From an uncultured bacterium (GTDB lineage: Bacteria > Patescibacteriota > Patescibacteriia > Magasanikbacterales > UBA922): a DNA stretch of 64,000 nt. Below the pieces are notes generated by a model. It searched no databases, was not told the origin of the DNA, and was given only the letters and a program-made list of their open reading frames with translations. The position numbers were made by a program, and so were the translations under genes. Location: assembly GCA_937861125.1 (NCBI GenBank), contig CALMAY010000038.1:27942-91941 (forward strand). Reading direction: 5' to 3'. Positions 37,024-46,364 of this stretch are shown piece after piece. Numbering within the stretch: position 1 is the stretch's first letter; each line of letters opens with the position of its first letter.

Positions 37024-38379
37024 ATGTCACAAAAAAAAGCATATATTGTTGCAGTCGATATGGGGTACGGTCATCAGCGTGCTGTTCATCCGTTGTTTGA
37101 CATCTCTCGTGCTCCAAAAGGATGGGATCATGATTCTGCGATGATTATCTGTGCAAATAAATATCCAGGTATACCTGAGATTGATTTTAAACGATGGAAT
37201 GGAAGCCAGGGGGTGTATGAATTGATTTCACGCATGAAACGTCTGCCAATTGTTGGTGATTGGATTTTTGGTGCTATGGATTATTTTCAGCGGATTGAGG
37301 TGTTTTATCCCAAACGTGATCTGAGTAAGCCAACTATACAGTTGAGTCAGATTTATAACATGATCAAAAAAGGGTGGGGAAGACACTTGATTGATGAGCT
37401 GAATCGTGACCCACTTCCACTTATTACCTCTTTTTTTATCCCAGCATTTTTTGCGGAAGAGCATGGGTACAAGGGTGAGATATATTGTCTGTGTACCGAT
37501 ACGGATGTTTCTCGTGCTTGGGCACCGCTGCATCCGCAAAAGAGTCGTATCACTTATTTAGCTCCAAATAAGCGTGTTCGAGAACGTCTCAAGCTTTATG
37601 GTGTACGTCCAGAAAAGATTTTTATTACAGGCTTTCCGTTGCCAAAAGAAAATATTGGTTCACCTGATACTGTTAAAACACTCAAGACATCACTTGGGTG
37701 CCGTATAGGCAATCTCGATCCACATGGTCGGTACCAAAAGAAATACCAGCAAATGCTTCAGTTTTACCTTGGTTCGCCATTTTGTGATTTGCGGGCCAAG
37801 CATCCGTTTACTATTACCTTTGCAGTAGGAGGTGCGGGGGCACAGCGAGAAGTGGGAATCGAGATTTTGCAAAGTTTGCGGACGCACATTGATGCTGGTG
37901 CTGTGAGGCTTAATCTTGTTGCCGGATCTCGCGCTGATGTGTTTAGTTTTTATGAAGCAGAAATTAAACGTTTGGGCTTGGATCATCGTCATGATCAAAC
38001 AGTTCGTATTATTTATGATGAAGATAAGTTCCGTTATTTTCAAAAATTTGATGAAGCATTACTCACCACAGACGTGCTGTGGACCAAACCAAGTGAATTG
38101 TCATTTTACGCTGGGCTAGGACTTCCGATCATTATTGCCCCAACGATCGGTTCTCAAGAAGAGTATAATAAAGCTTGGTTACACGCAATTGGTGCTGGGT
38201 TTGAGCAAAACGATTCACGATATACTCATGAGTGGTTATTTGATTGGCTAGAGAGCGGTTGGCTCGCAGAGGCTGCGATGAGTGGATTTTTACATGCACC
38301 GAGAAATGGGGCGTATCATATTGCGGATATTGTACTCAACGGCAAGAAGAGTGAAATTGAAGATGTGCATTTGTTGTAG
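37024..38379 (+). CDS. Putative GT-B-fold glycosyltransferase-like protein (MurG/UgtP/MGDG-synthase-like).
   Basis: YIVAVDMGYGHQRAVHPL resembles the G-x-GH nucleotide-sugar glycosyltransferase N-terminal motif; FAVGGAGAQ second-domain Gly-rich loop. Low certainty. Confidence 0.35.
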   Translation: MSQKKAYIVAVDMGYGHQRAVHPLFDISRAPKGWDHDSAMIICANKYPGIPEIDFKRWNGSQGVYELISRMKRLPIVGDWIFGAMDYFQRIEVFYPKRDLSKPTIQLSQIYNMIKKGWGRHLIDELNRDPLPLITSFFIPAFFAEEHGYKGEIYCLCTDTDVSRAWAPLHPQKSRITYLAPNKRVRERLKLYGVRPEKIFITGFPLPKENIGSPDTVKTLKTSLGCRIGNLDPHGRYQKKYQQMLQFYLGSPFCDLRAKHPFTITFAVGGAGAQREVGIEILQSLRTHIDAGAVRLNLVAGSRADVFSFYEAEIKRLGLDHRHDQTVRIIYDEDKFRYFQKFDEALLTTDVLWTKPSELSFYAGLGLPIIIAPTIGSQEEYNKAWLHAIGAGFEQNDSRYTHEWLFDWLESGWLAEAAMSGFLHAPRNGAYHIADIVLNGKKSEIEDVHLL

Positions 38380-38381
38380 AT

Positions 38382-39131
38382 ATGACTTCTTTCGCACTTA
38401 TTCCATTTGCATTTCTCTCTGGTATCCTCATGTTTTTGGCACCTTGTTCATTACCACTTGTTCCAGGGTATTTGGCATTTTTGTCTGGCAATACTGATTT
38501 GCGTATGTGGAATGAACGGACTGTTCGATGGCGGATGGTGCGTCAAGCATGTTTTGTCTCGCTTGGATTTGGTGGTGTATTTATTTTTTTGGGTGTTTTG
38601 TTTGGGCTTGGTGGTGTCGTATTATTGCCATATCGAGAGGTGCTGAGTCGCGTTGGTGGTGTACTAATTATGTTGTTTGGTCTTGCACTGCTGGGAGTGT
38701 TTTCTCTGCCATCATTTTCTTTTGTTTCACGTCTAGTTGCATACAAACAGATACATCCAAACACACCAGGTGCTGCTATATTATTTGGAGGTATTTTGGC
38801 GCTCGGATGGTCGCCATGTGTCGGGCCTATTTTGGGGACTATTTTGTTGCTGGCTGCATCTAGCGCAACGGTTGTTTCTGGCGGCTTCCTTTTGGCTGTT
38901 TTTTCTCTTGGGTTTAGTGTGCCGTTTATTCTCACTGCATTTGGCGCTGGGCATATATCACAATGGTTACAGAGATTCAGCAGTGTACAGAGGGTGCTTA
39001 CGGTTATCGGTGGCATGAGTTTGATCGTCATGGGGTATCTCATGGCTACGAACATGATGGGAGTGTGGAATGGTTTTTTTTATGGATTGTTTGATTTTAT
39101 GTCGTACGATTCATTATTACGTTTTTATTAG
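38382..39131 (+). CDS. ccdA: Cytochrome c biogenesis / thiol-disulfide transporter CcdA (DsbD family).
   Basis: Two conserved Cys in TM helices (LAPCSLPLVPGY and GWSPCVGPILG). Confidence 0.75.
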   Translation: MTSFALIPFAFLSGILMFLAPCSLPLVPGYLAFLSGNTDLRMWNERTVRWRMVRQACFVSLGFGGVFIFLGVLFGLGGVVLLPYREVLSRVGGVLIMLFGLALLGVFSLPSFSFVSRLVAYKQIHPNTPGAAILFGGILALGWSPCVGPILGTILLLAASSATVVSGGFLLAVFSLGFSVPFILTAFGAGHISQWLQRFSSVQRVLTVIGGMSLIVMGYLMATNMMGVWNGFFYGLFDFMSYDSLLRFY

Positions 39132-39134
39132 TCT

Positions 39135-40070
39135 ATGCATTGGTTTCTTCTTTCATTGGTTGGATATGTCTGTCTTGCGCTTGTCTTTATTCTCGATAAG
39201 CTTATCTTGACCAAGTCGGTCGAGAAGCCAGTGGTCTATACATTTTACTCAACCATTTTCTTGGCGGTTGTATTATGTGCACTACCGTTTGGTGGAGAAT
39301 TATTACATACACCATTTGATTGGGGGGTTGCAACGCTCTCTGGTCTTGGGTTTGGGTTTGGGTTGTGGGCGATGTTTCTCGCGCTGCATTATGGAGAGAC
39401 GAGTCATATTTCTCCGTTCATTGGTGCGATGGTGACTGTCTCTACCTTTGTACTCTCTGCATTGTGGCTCGGAGAATCGCTCACTGATGTCCAAAAAATT
39501 GGTGTAGTGATTTTAGTGTTTGCTTCACTTCTGCTCTCATTTGAAAAAAGTAAACAACACAGTGGATTCCATGTTGGATTTTTGTGGGCGATACTTGCTG
39601 GCGTCTGTTTTGGTATCTCTCATGTAGCAGCCAAATATATCTATGACCTCTATCCGTTTTTGACTGGTTTTATCTGGACACGTGCGACGATTGCCCTAGT
39701 GGGTGTCATTACATTGTTTGTCCCAAGTGTCTGGAAGTCTTTGTTTGGTAAAAAGACAGCTGTGAGTAAAAAAGTAAGTGTTGAAAGTCAAAAAACATTT
39801 GGTCATCGCCATGCATTTGCAATCGTCTTAAGCAATAAGGTGTTGGGTGTTTTGGGCGTAGTGCTCATTCAAGCTGCTATCTCTTCTGGGAGCGTGACAC
39901 TTGTCAATGCATTGAGCGGTATGCAGTATGTATTGATGTTTGTACTTGTCTTTATCTCTAGTAAAATAAGTCCGCAAGTATTTAAAGAATATTTTACAAA
40001 ACGTGAAATCATTGTTCAGACAATTGCTATTTTGCTCGTTTGCCTTGGCTCTGTATGTTTCGTTCTCTAG
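39135..40070 (+). CDS. EamA/DMT-superfamily transporter.
   Basis: Ten predicted TM helices with duplicated five-helix EamA architecture. Confidence 0.55.
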   Translation: MHWFLLSLVGYVCLALVFILDKLILTKSVEKPVVYTFYSTIFLAVVLCALPFGGELLHTPFDWGVATLSGLGFGFGLWAMFLALHYGETSHISPFIGAMVTVSTFVLSALWLGESLTDVQKIGVVILVFASLLLSFEKSKQHSGFHVGFLWAILAGVCFGISHVAAKYIYDLYPFLTGFIWTRATIALVGVITLFVPSVWKSLFGKKTAVSKKVSVESQKTFGHRHAFAIVLSNKVLGVLGVVLIQAAISSGSVTLVNALSGMQYVLMFVLVFISSKISPQVFKEYFTKREIIVQTIAILLVCLGSVCFVL

Positions 40071-41065
40071 TTCGTCATATTTTTCATTTTATACTTTTTT
40101 TTGTTGGTACTATTAGTATTGTATATGGTATTTCTTGGTTGTTGTCACAAAAAAATTTTCAGCCAGAGTATGGTATCAGCTTCAATCATGAGCATGCATT
40201 ACATCTGGAACTTGATTGGAAATTGGTATATGGAGATATCCTCACTGACTTGCAGCCAAAATATATTCGTCTTGCGGCTATGTGGGATGAGGTAGAACCT
40301 CAAAAAGGAGAATGGTTTTTTGAACATGTTGATTTTATGCTTGATGCAGCAGCGGCAAACAATACCAAAGTATTGCTGGTGGTAGGGCAAAAAGCACCAC
40401 GGTGGCCAGAATGTCACATTCCACAGTGGGCTGAAGACGTATCTGTTCATGATAGGCGTGAGCAGGTGATGTCATATGTGAGTACTGTGGTAGAGCGATA
40501 CAAGGATCATCCTGCGCTTGAATATTGGCAGATAGAAAATGAGCCGTACATTCCGTTTACTTTTGGAGAGTGTGCAGCATTTGATCAAACTATCGTCGAA
40601 GCAGAGGTTTCGTTGGTCAAACAAATTGATCCGAATCATCCTGTGGTACTCACAGACAGTGGTGAAATGTCTATATGGTATCCAGCTGCTGTTGGCGGAG
40701 ATGTATTTGGGACGACACTTTATCGTATTGTACGTACTCCATCTGGGCGTATTTGGAATTATGATTGGATGCCACCAGGATTTTATCGTCTCAAGTCTGA
40801 GTTGTTTGGGCTATCACCTGAGACTTTTTTTGTTGCCGAATTGCAGGCTGAGCCATGGTTTACGGGAGATGGACCAAACGGTACTTCACTTGAAAGCCAG
40901 CAGGAGACAATGACTCCAGAACGTATGGCCCAACATATCGCATATGCGGACCATGTAGGTGCGTCTCGGGTGTATTTGTGGGGAGCAGAGTGGTGGTACT
41001 GGATGAGGGAGAGACACAATAATAGTTCGTTTTGGGATATAGCCAGAGATATATTGACAAGATAA
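40055..41065 (+). CDS. Membrane-anchored glycoside hydrolase, GH5-like TIM barrel.
   Basis: N-terminal TM helix; WQIENEP (NEP catalytic acid/base motif of clan GH-A); EPQKGEWFF..VD substrate-cleft-like region. Confidence 0.5.
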   Translation: MFRSLVRHIFHFILFFVGTISIVYGISWLLSQKNFQPEYGISFNHEHALHLELDWKLVYGDILTDLQPKYIRLAAMWDEVEPQKGEWFFEHVDFMLDAAAANNTKVLLVVGQKAPRWPECHIPQWAEDVSVHDRREQVMSYVSTVVERYKDHPALEYWQIENEPYIPFTFGECAAFDQTIVEAEVSLVKQIDPNHPVVLTDSGEMSIWYPAAVGGDVFGTTLYRIVRTPSGRIWNYDWMPPGFYRLKSELFGLSPETFFVAELQAEPWFTGDGPNGTSLESQQETMTPERMAQHIAYADHVGASRVYLWGAEWWYWMRERHNNSSFWDIARDILTR

Positions 41066-41082
41066 AAAAAATGGGATACACT
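41054..41082 (+). promoter_or_regulatory. Sigma-70-type promoter for tRNA-Val (TTGACA-N17-TACACT).
   Basis: TTGACA at 41054-41059, 17-nt spacer, TACACT at 41077-41082; it lies inside the 3' end of the GH5-like gene. Confidence 0.45.
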
Positions 41083-41095
41083 ATTCCCATTCGAT

Positions 41096-41169
41096 GCGCG
41101 CCTAGCTCAGTTGGTTAGAGCATCTCGTTTACACCGAGAGGGTCAGGGGTTCGAATCCCTTGGCGCGCA
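41096..41169 (+). tRNA. tRNA-Val(UAC), no encoded CCA.
   Basis: Acceptor GCGCGCC/GGCGCGC, D-arm GCTCAGTTGGTTAGAGC, anticodon stem TCTCG/CGAGA with loop TTTACAC, T-arm AGGGGTTCGAATCCCTT, discriminator A. Confidence 0.85.
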
Positions 41170-41174
41170 CAGGT

Positions 41175-41206
41175 AAACACACTCATCTTTGGTGAGTGTG
41201 TTTATA
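41175..41206 (+). terminator. Intrinsic terminator after tRNA-Val.
   Basis: AAACACACTCA-TCTTTGG-TGAGTGTGTTT-ATATT. Confidence 0.65.
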
Positions 41207-41220
41207 TTGTGGTATAATAT

Positions 41221-42303
41221 TTGTATATGAATACAAATATTCCACTCGCTACACATCACGGTATTTTTCGTCAGCAAATTTCATTATTTCAAGCAGTGGC
41301 TTTGATTGTCTCTGGTACTGTTGGTGCTGGAATTTTGGGTATTCCATATGCCATCGCACAGGTAGGTTGGTTGCCTGGGTTTTTTAGTATTGTACTTATT
41401 GGGTTGTTGATGATGGGGGTCAATTTATTGATTGCACGTATTGTGATTGGTACAAATCAACAGCTTCATTTTGTCGGGTTGGCAAATAGATATTTAGGTG
41501 CTGTGGGGAAGTATTTGATGTCTGTTATTATGTACGGTATGTTGTTTGGTATTTTGGTTGTCTATATTTTGGGAGTTGGTGAATCGTTAGCTGCATTGTT
41601 TGGTTGGGATCCTCGACTGTGGAGTACAGTATTCTTTTTACTTGGTGCGATCTGTATTTTGTTTGGTCTACGCACGATCAAATCTGTTGAGTTTTTTCTC
41701 AGTCTTGGTATTTTGTGTGTTGTGCTTATTATCTCTGCGACACTTGTTCCAAGTATTGAGACAACTCATTTTGGATTTGTTTCTCTTCATAATGTGTTGG
41801 TACCATATGGTGTGCTGTTATTTGCATTTCATGGAGCAACGAGTCTACCTGAGGTATATAGTCTTGTACAAAACAAAGAAAAGTTTTTTATAGAAGCAGT
41901 AAAGGTTTCATCGGTGATTGTGATTGCTATTTATGCGTTGTTTACTTTTGTGGTACTTGGTGTCACTGGTCCATATACGACAGAGATTGCCACAGTCGGT
42001 CTGGGACAAGCAATCGGTCCTGTCATGCTGGTACTGGGAAATATTTTTGCAGTACTCGCGATGGGGACGAGTTATTTGGTTGCTGGACTTGCATTGCGTG
42101 ACTCATTGACATGGGATATGAACATGTCTCGACCGCTGGCAACCGCAGCGGTGACGTGTATTCCGTATTTGATCTTTTTATTTTTTGCAACCAGTTTTGT
42201 TGGGATGATTGATTTGGTTGGTGGGGTGTTTATGACGTCTGAGATTGTACTTTTGTTGATTATCTATGTGGTGGCGAAGAGGAGAGGGGATGTACATGGA
42301 TAA
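41221..42303 (+). CDS. Amino-acid permease (APC superfamily; aromatic/hydroxy amino-acid transporter-like).
   Basis: About 11 TM helices; GTVGAGILGIPYA N-terminal consensus of the Trp/Tyr/Ser permease family. Confidence 0.65.
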   Translation: MYMNTNIPLATHHGIFRQQISLFQAVALIVSGTVGAGILGIPYAIAQVGWLPGFFSIVLIGLLMMGVNLLIARIVIGTNQQLHFVGLANRYLGAVGKYLMSVIMYGMLFGILVVYILGVGESLAALFGWDPRLWSTVFFLLGAICILFGLRTIKSVEFFLSLGILCVVLIISATLVPSIETTHFGFVSLHNVLVPYGVLLFAFHGATSLPEVYSLVQNKEKFFIEAVKVSSVIVIAIYALFTFVVLGVTGPYTTEIATVGLGQAIGPVMLVLGNIFAVLAMGTSYLVAGLALRDSLTWDMNMSRPLATAAVTCIPYLIFLFFATSFVGMIDLVGGVFMTSEIVLLLIIYVVAKRRGDVHG

Positions 42304-42363
42304 AATTGTCTATATTAAAAAGCCGCTTGAATAAAGCGCTTTTTTTTGTTAGTATAGCCATAT

Positions 42364-43161
42364 ATGACTTTTATCCAAGCAATCGTCCTTGGTCTAGTTC
42401 AGGGGCTCACAGAATTTCTTCCAGTATCTAGCTCTGGGCATCTTATTTTTTTTCCGTACCTATTTGGTTGGACCGATCAAGGGGTACTATTTGATTTGAT
42501 ACTGCACATGGGGACACTTGGTGCCGTTGTATTGTTTTATCGTCATAAACTACTCTCGTTGGCTCAAGCAGCTTTTTCATGTCAAAAAGAAAACGAGTCA
42601 GAACGTCGATTGGCTTGGTATATCGCTCTGTCGGTGTTTCCAGCAGGGATTGCAGGCTATTTGATTGAGACCAATGATCGATCTGCAACTATTGTTGGTA
42701 TTTCGCTTATTGTTTGGGGTGTCGTACTGTATGTGGCTGATCGGTATGCACAGCGACGTGCTCGTACAGTAGTGCCAACTGAATTAACACATGTATCTTG
42801 GAAGGATATTGCGACGATGAGTATTGCACAAGCGGTGGCATTGATTCCAGGTACAAGTCGATCGGGGATTACGATGAGTGCTGGATTGTTTCGTGGTTTG
42901 TCCAAAACAGCTGTAGCAGATATTTCATTTCTCATGAGTGTGCCAGTACTTACGATTGCTGGTGCTGTTAAAATTTTTGAGGCAGTGTCACTGGGAACAG
43001 TTGATATACCTATCATGATGCTTGTGACTGGTTTTTTGACATCGTTTACTTCTGGCATGTTTGCGATTTCGTTTTTGTTGAAAATTATTAAAAAGTTTGA
43101 TTTTACACCGTTTGTGGTGTATAGAATTGTTGTGGGGATTTTGATTTTGTGGTTACTGTAG
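42364..43161 (+). CDS. uppP: Undecaprenyl-diphosphate phosphatase.
   Basis: GLTEFLPVSSSGHL and PGTSRSG motifs. Confidence 0.9.
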   Translation: MTFIQAIVLGLVQGLTEFLPVSSSGHLIFFPYLFGWTDQGVLFDLILHMGTLGAVVLFYRHKLLSLAQAAFSCQKENESERRLAWYIALSVFPAGIAGYLIETNDRSATIVGISLIVWGVVLYVADRYAQRRARTVVPTELTHVSWKDIATMSIAQAVALIPGTSRSGITMSAGLFRGLSKTAVADISFLMSVPVLTIAGAVKIFEAVSLGTVDIPIMMLVTGFLTSFTSGMFAISFLLKIIKKFDFTPFVVYRIVVGILILWLL

Positions 43162-43165
43162 TCGT

Positions 43166-44689
43166 ATGACAGAAAAAGAATTATTTCCAATCATCGCAAC
43201 TCTTGCCGAAAAACTTGATGTAGAAGTATACGCTGTTGGTGGTCATGTGCGTGATCGCTTGCTTGGTATTGAACAAAAAACAGTTGTGGTAGAAGAAAAC
43301 AGAATTATAGCGGCGCAAAAAAAAGATATTATCGAAGGTGGAGATGATGTAGTAGTTGAGACAATTATCAAAAAGCGTGATATTGATTTTGTGGTTGTAC
43401 CTGGAAAGACTGATATTGGTGGTGTTGCGTTTGCGACTGCATTTGATGAGGTGATGGAGCAGTCAGGAAGTTTGGTATTGTTTGAACAATTTAATACCGC
43501 ACGCTATGTATTTGACGATATTGAGATAGAATTTGCTGGTGCACGTAAAGAAGCCTATGACCCATCATCGCGCAAACCGATTGTGGTGAGTGGAACACTC
43601 CTCGAAGATCTGGCTCGACGTGATTTTACCGTCAATGCAATGGCGCAACGTGTGACGAATGATGGTCTTGGTGAGATAGTTGACCCATATGACGGACAGA
43701 AAGATTTAGCAGAAAAAATACTTCGTACACCGCTAGATCCAATGGAAACATTTTCAGAGGATCCACTGCGTATTATGCGTGCAGCGCGCTTTGCTGCACA
43801 ACTCAATTTTAGTATTGAAGCTGCAACGCTCAAGGCGATGTATGATGTGCGTGAACGTCTCTCTATTATCTCAGCTGAGCGTATTGCTGAAGAGTTTTTC
43901 AAATTACTTGGTACAACACAGCCATCCGTCGGGCTTTGGATTCTGTATCAGACACACATCTTTGATCAATTCTTGCCTGAAGTGCCAGCACTGAGCGGAG
44001 TAGAGGAGATCGGTGGTCAGGGACACAAGGACAATCTGACACATACATTCAAAGTGGTGGACAATCTTGCGACACGAACAAACAAACCACTGTTGCGTTA
44101 CGCAGGGCTGATGCATGATATTGGCAAGCCTGAGACCAAGAGTTTTATCAAAGGTCGTGGGTGGGCGTTTGATATGCACGAGCATGTTGGTAAGCGGATT
44201 GTTCATGAAGTTGCTAAACGTTTGAAGATGAGCATCGCGGATACACGCTATGTTGCAAAACTCGTTCGCTGGCATCAACAGCCGATTGCATTGATGGATG
44301 CGACAATTACCGACAGTGCTGTACGGCGTTTGGTTGTCTCACTTGGTGACGAGATTGACGATCTTTTGAAGTTATGTCGCAGCGATATTACCACTGGTAA
44401 TCCAAACAAGCTCGAGAAGCGCTTGAAAAATTACGATGTTCTCGAAAAGAAAATTATTGAAGTGATAGAAAAAGACAAGCTTCGTGCCTTTCAGTCTCCA
44501 CTTCGTGGTGAAGAAATTATGCAGCTCTCAGGACTCAAACCTGGCCCAACGATTGGAAAAATCAAAGAGGCGATTGAGGAGGCGATTCTAGAAGGTGAGA
44601 TTCCAAATGAGTATGAGGCGGCCAAAGCGTATTATGAGAAAATTAAAGATACATATTTGAAAGATGTGAATGATTGGGAAAAAGAATAA
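43166..44689 (+). CDS. cca: CCA-adding enzyme / tRNA nucleotidyltransferase with a C-terminal HD domain.
   Basis: GGHVRDRLLG, RDIDF (DxD), DFTVNAMA, EDPLRIMRAARFAA head-domain motifs, plus H..HD.GK and HD motifs. Confidence 0.85.
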   Translation: MTEKELFPIIATLAEKLDVEVYAVGGHVRDRLLGIEQKTVVVEENRIIAAQKKDIIEGGDDVVVETIIKKRDIDFVVVPGKTDIGGVAFATAFDEVMEQSGSLVLFEQFNTARYVFDDIEIEFAGARKEAYDPSSRKPIVVSGTLLEDLARRDFTVNAMAQRVTNDGLGEIVDPYDGQKDLAEKILRTPLDPMETFSEDPLRIMRAARFAAQLNFSIEAATLKAMYDVRERLSIISAERIAEEFFKLLGTTQPSVGLWILYQTHIFDQFLPEVPALSGVEEIGGQGHKDNLTHTFKVVDNLATRTNKPLLRYAGLMHDIGKPETKSFIKGRGWAFDMHEHVGKRIVHEVAKRLKMSIADTRYVAKLVRWHQQPIALMDATITDSAVRRLVVSLGDEIDDLLKLCRSDITTGNPNKLEKRLKNYDVLEKKIIEVIEKDKLRAFQSPLRGEEIMQLSGLKPGPTIGKIKEAIEEAILEGEIPNEYEAAKAYYEKIKDTYLKDVNDWEKE

Positions 44690-44808
44690 GAATAAGATTA
44701 TCAAACAGTATTATCATATCAAATCTTAATTTTTAATCTCAATCTTAGTCTTATTTTTCACATTGCGTCTTGCTTCTCACATCAAAATACGCTACACTAT
44801 ACCTATAT

Positions 44809-45561
44809 ATGCTCGAAACATTTTGGTACACCTTTCTCTACCAACCTACATTTAATGCCTTGATCTGGCTCTATAATCATGGTACCAATGAAAATCTTGG
44901 TGTGGCGATTATTTTGTTAACGTGCATCCTCCGTGTTGGACTACTTCCGTTTAGTGTATTTGAGATTTTTGCAAGAAAAAGAAATGAAACATTGGCTGCT
45001 GAGATTGCAGCGATTCAAAAATCATACAAAAATGATCCCATCATGATGAAAGAGGAAGTGCGACGACATCTGCGTAAAAAACATATCACTCCATGGGCTC
45101 GATTTGTGGTACTTGGGGTCCAGTTGTTGGTACTGTTTCTTTTGTATCAAGTATTTATGCAGGGGGTATCCGGAGAAAGAGTACTTGCTACATTGTACCC
45201 GTTTGTTTCTGTTCCCGGAACGATTAATACAGTCTTTTTTGGATATGATATTGCACAGCGGTATAGTGTATTTTGGCCCGGTCTTATCTTTGCTTGGTTG
45301 TTTACGGAAATTTATTGGGGGTATCACAAAAACAAACAGATTAAAGCCGATGCGTCTGATGTTACGTATCTCTTTTTATTTCCGTTTTTTGTCTTTTTCT
45401 TGCTATACCTCCTTCCGATTGTAAAATCATTATTTGTACTGACATCTATGGTATTTTCATTTGTAACATATCCAGTATTGGAGGCTTGTATTGGATTGTT
45501 TCAAAAAAAGCCAGGAGATGCACATGCAGCGGGCCATGGACATGGTGAAAAACATCACTAA
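44809..45561 (+). CDS. yidC: Membrane protein insertase YidC/Oxa1 (short form).
   Basis: PTFNALIWLY..LGVAIILLTCILRVGLLPFS and the following amphipathic helix and loop match the YidC core. The track ORF begins at a TTG at 44770; the ATG is at 44809. Confidence 0.75.
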   Translation: MLETFWYTFLYQPTFNALIWLYNHGTNENLGVAIILLTCILRVGLLPFSVFEIFARKRNETLAAEIAAIQKSYKNDPIMMKEEVRRHLRKKHITPWARFVVLGVQLLVLFLLYQVFMQGVSGERVLATLYPFVSVPGTINTVFFGYDIAQRYSVFWPGLIFAWLFTEIYWGYHKNKQIKADASDVTYLFLFPFFVFFLLYLLPIVKSLFVLTSMVFSFVTYPVLEACIGLFQKKPGDAHAAGHGHGEKHH

Positions 45562-45650
45562 TTTTGCTCTATGTAGAAAAAAAGTGTATTTTTGCTCTTG
45601 CAAAAAGAGTAAAAATATGTTATGCTATCTATCGTATTTAATCCACTTTT

Positions 45651-46244
45651 ATGTCTGATGATTCTATTGATAAGCTGATGTACTCCTTTGTAATGGACGA
45701 CGTCCTCAAAGGTTTTTTTATCAAAGTGCCACCAGGATACGTGGCATGTGTCTACGATCTTGGTCGTGGCGTGCTCAAAAAAGTGCATACTCCAGGACTT
45801 CACTTCAAGATTCCTTTCTGGCAGAAAGCCAAACTTTTTAATACTCAGACGCTTGAATACGGTATTTCTCGCAATTTTACTCTTACTAACGAACGTGCGA
45901 TGGGTGATATTCCAATCGCGGCGGTGACTCAGGATGGCAAGCGTATCGGTGTAGAGGGAACGATTTTACTTCGTTTGGATGTACATCAGATCCCATCTAT
46001 TTGGCAGACTGTCGGTGAGGATTTTGTCGCCAAGATTATCCGTCCTACGGTTCGCAGTCGCATTCGTATGGTTGCTAGCCGCTTTGATATGCAGGAGATG
46101 ATCGGTGCCAAGCGTGATGCAGTGGAGACTGAACTCAAGAATGAGCTGGAACGTATCTTCTACTCTCGTGGTATTTATGTTGAGAATGTGCTCTTGAGTG
46201 AGATCGGTGACATTTCTGAGTACAAGCATACGGCTGGAGAGTAA
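45651..46244 (+). CDS. SPFH/Band-7 (prohibitin-like) domain protein.
   Basis: VPPGYVACVY..G...KVHTPGLHFKIPFWQK...TQDG..I.VEGTILLRL matches the SPFH core. Confidence 0.6.
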   Translation: MSDDSIDKLMYSFVMDDVLKGFFIKVPPGYVACVYDLGRGVLKKVHTPGLHFKIPFWQKAKLFNTQTLEYGISRNFTLTNERAMGDIPIAAVTQDGKRIGVEGTILLRLDVHQIPSIWQTVGEDFVAKIIRPTVRSRIRMVASRFDMQEMIGAKRDAVETELKNELERIFYSRGIYVENVLLSEIGDISEYKHTAGE

Positions 46245-46283
46245 CGGAGTTTGCGAAGTTGGCTGAGTTTTCTAAGTTGAGAT

Positions 46284-46308
46284 CCCTCGTGAATGCGAGG
46301 GGTTTTTG
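46284..46308 (+). terminator. Intrinsic terminator after the SPFH gene.
   Basis: CCCTCG-TGAATG-CGAGGG-GTTTTTGTT. Confidence 0.6.
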
Positions 46309-46323
46309 TTGTGGATAACCCCC

Positions 46324-46352
46324 TTGACTTCCTCTTTTATCACTCGTATAAT
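46324..46352 (+). promoter_or_regulatory. Sigma-70-type promoter of the hrcA-grpE-dnaK operon (TTGACT-N17-TATAAT).
   Basis: TTGACT at 46324-46329, 17-nt spacer, TATAAT at 46347-46352. Confidence 0.6.
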
Positions 46353-46363
46353 ATGAGTGCTAA
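46337..46363 (+). promoter_or_regulatory. CIRCE operator (HrcA binding site) overlapping the -10 box and the first ATG.
   Basis: TTATCACTC-GTATAATAT-GAGTGCTAA versus the CIRCE consensus TTAGCACTC-N9-GAGTGCTAA (one mismatch in the left arm, perfect right arm). Confidence 0.75.
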
Positions 46364-46364
46364 T

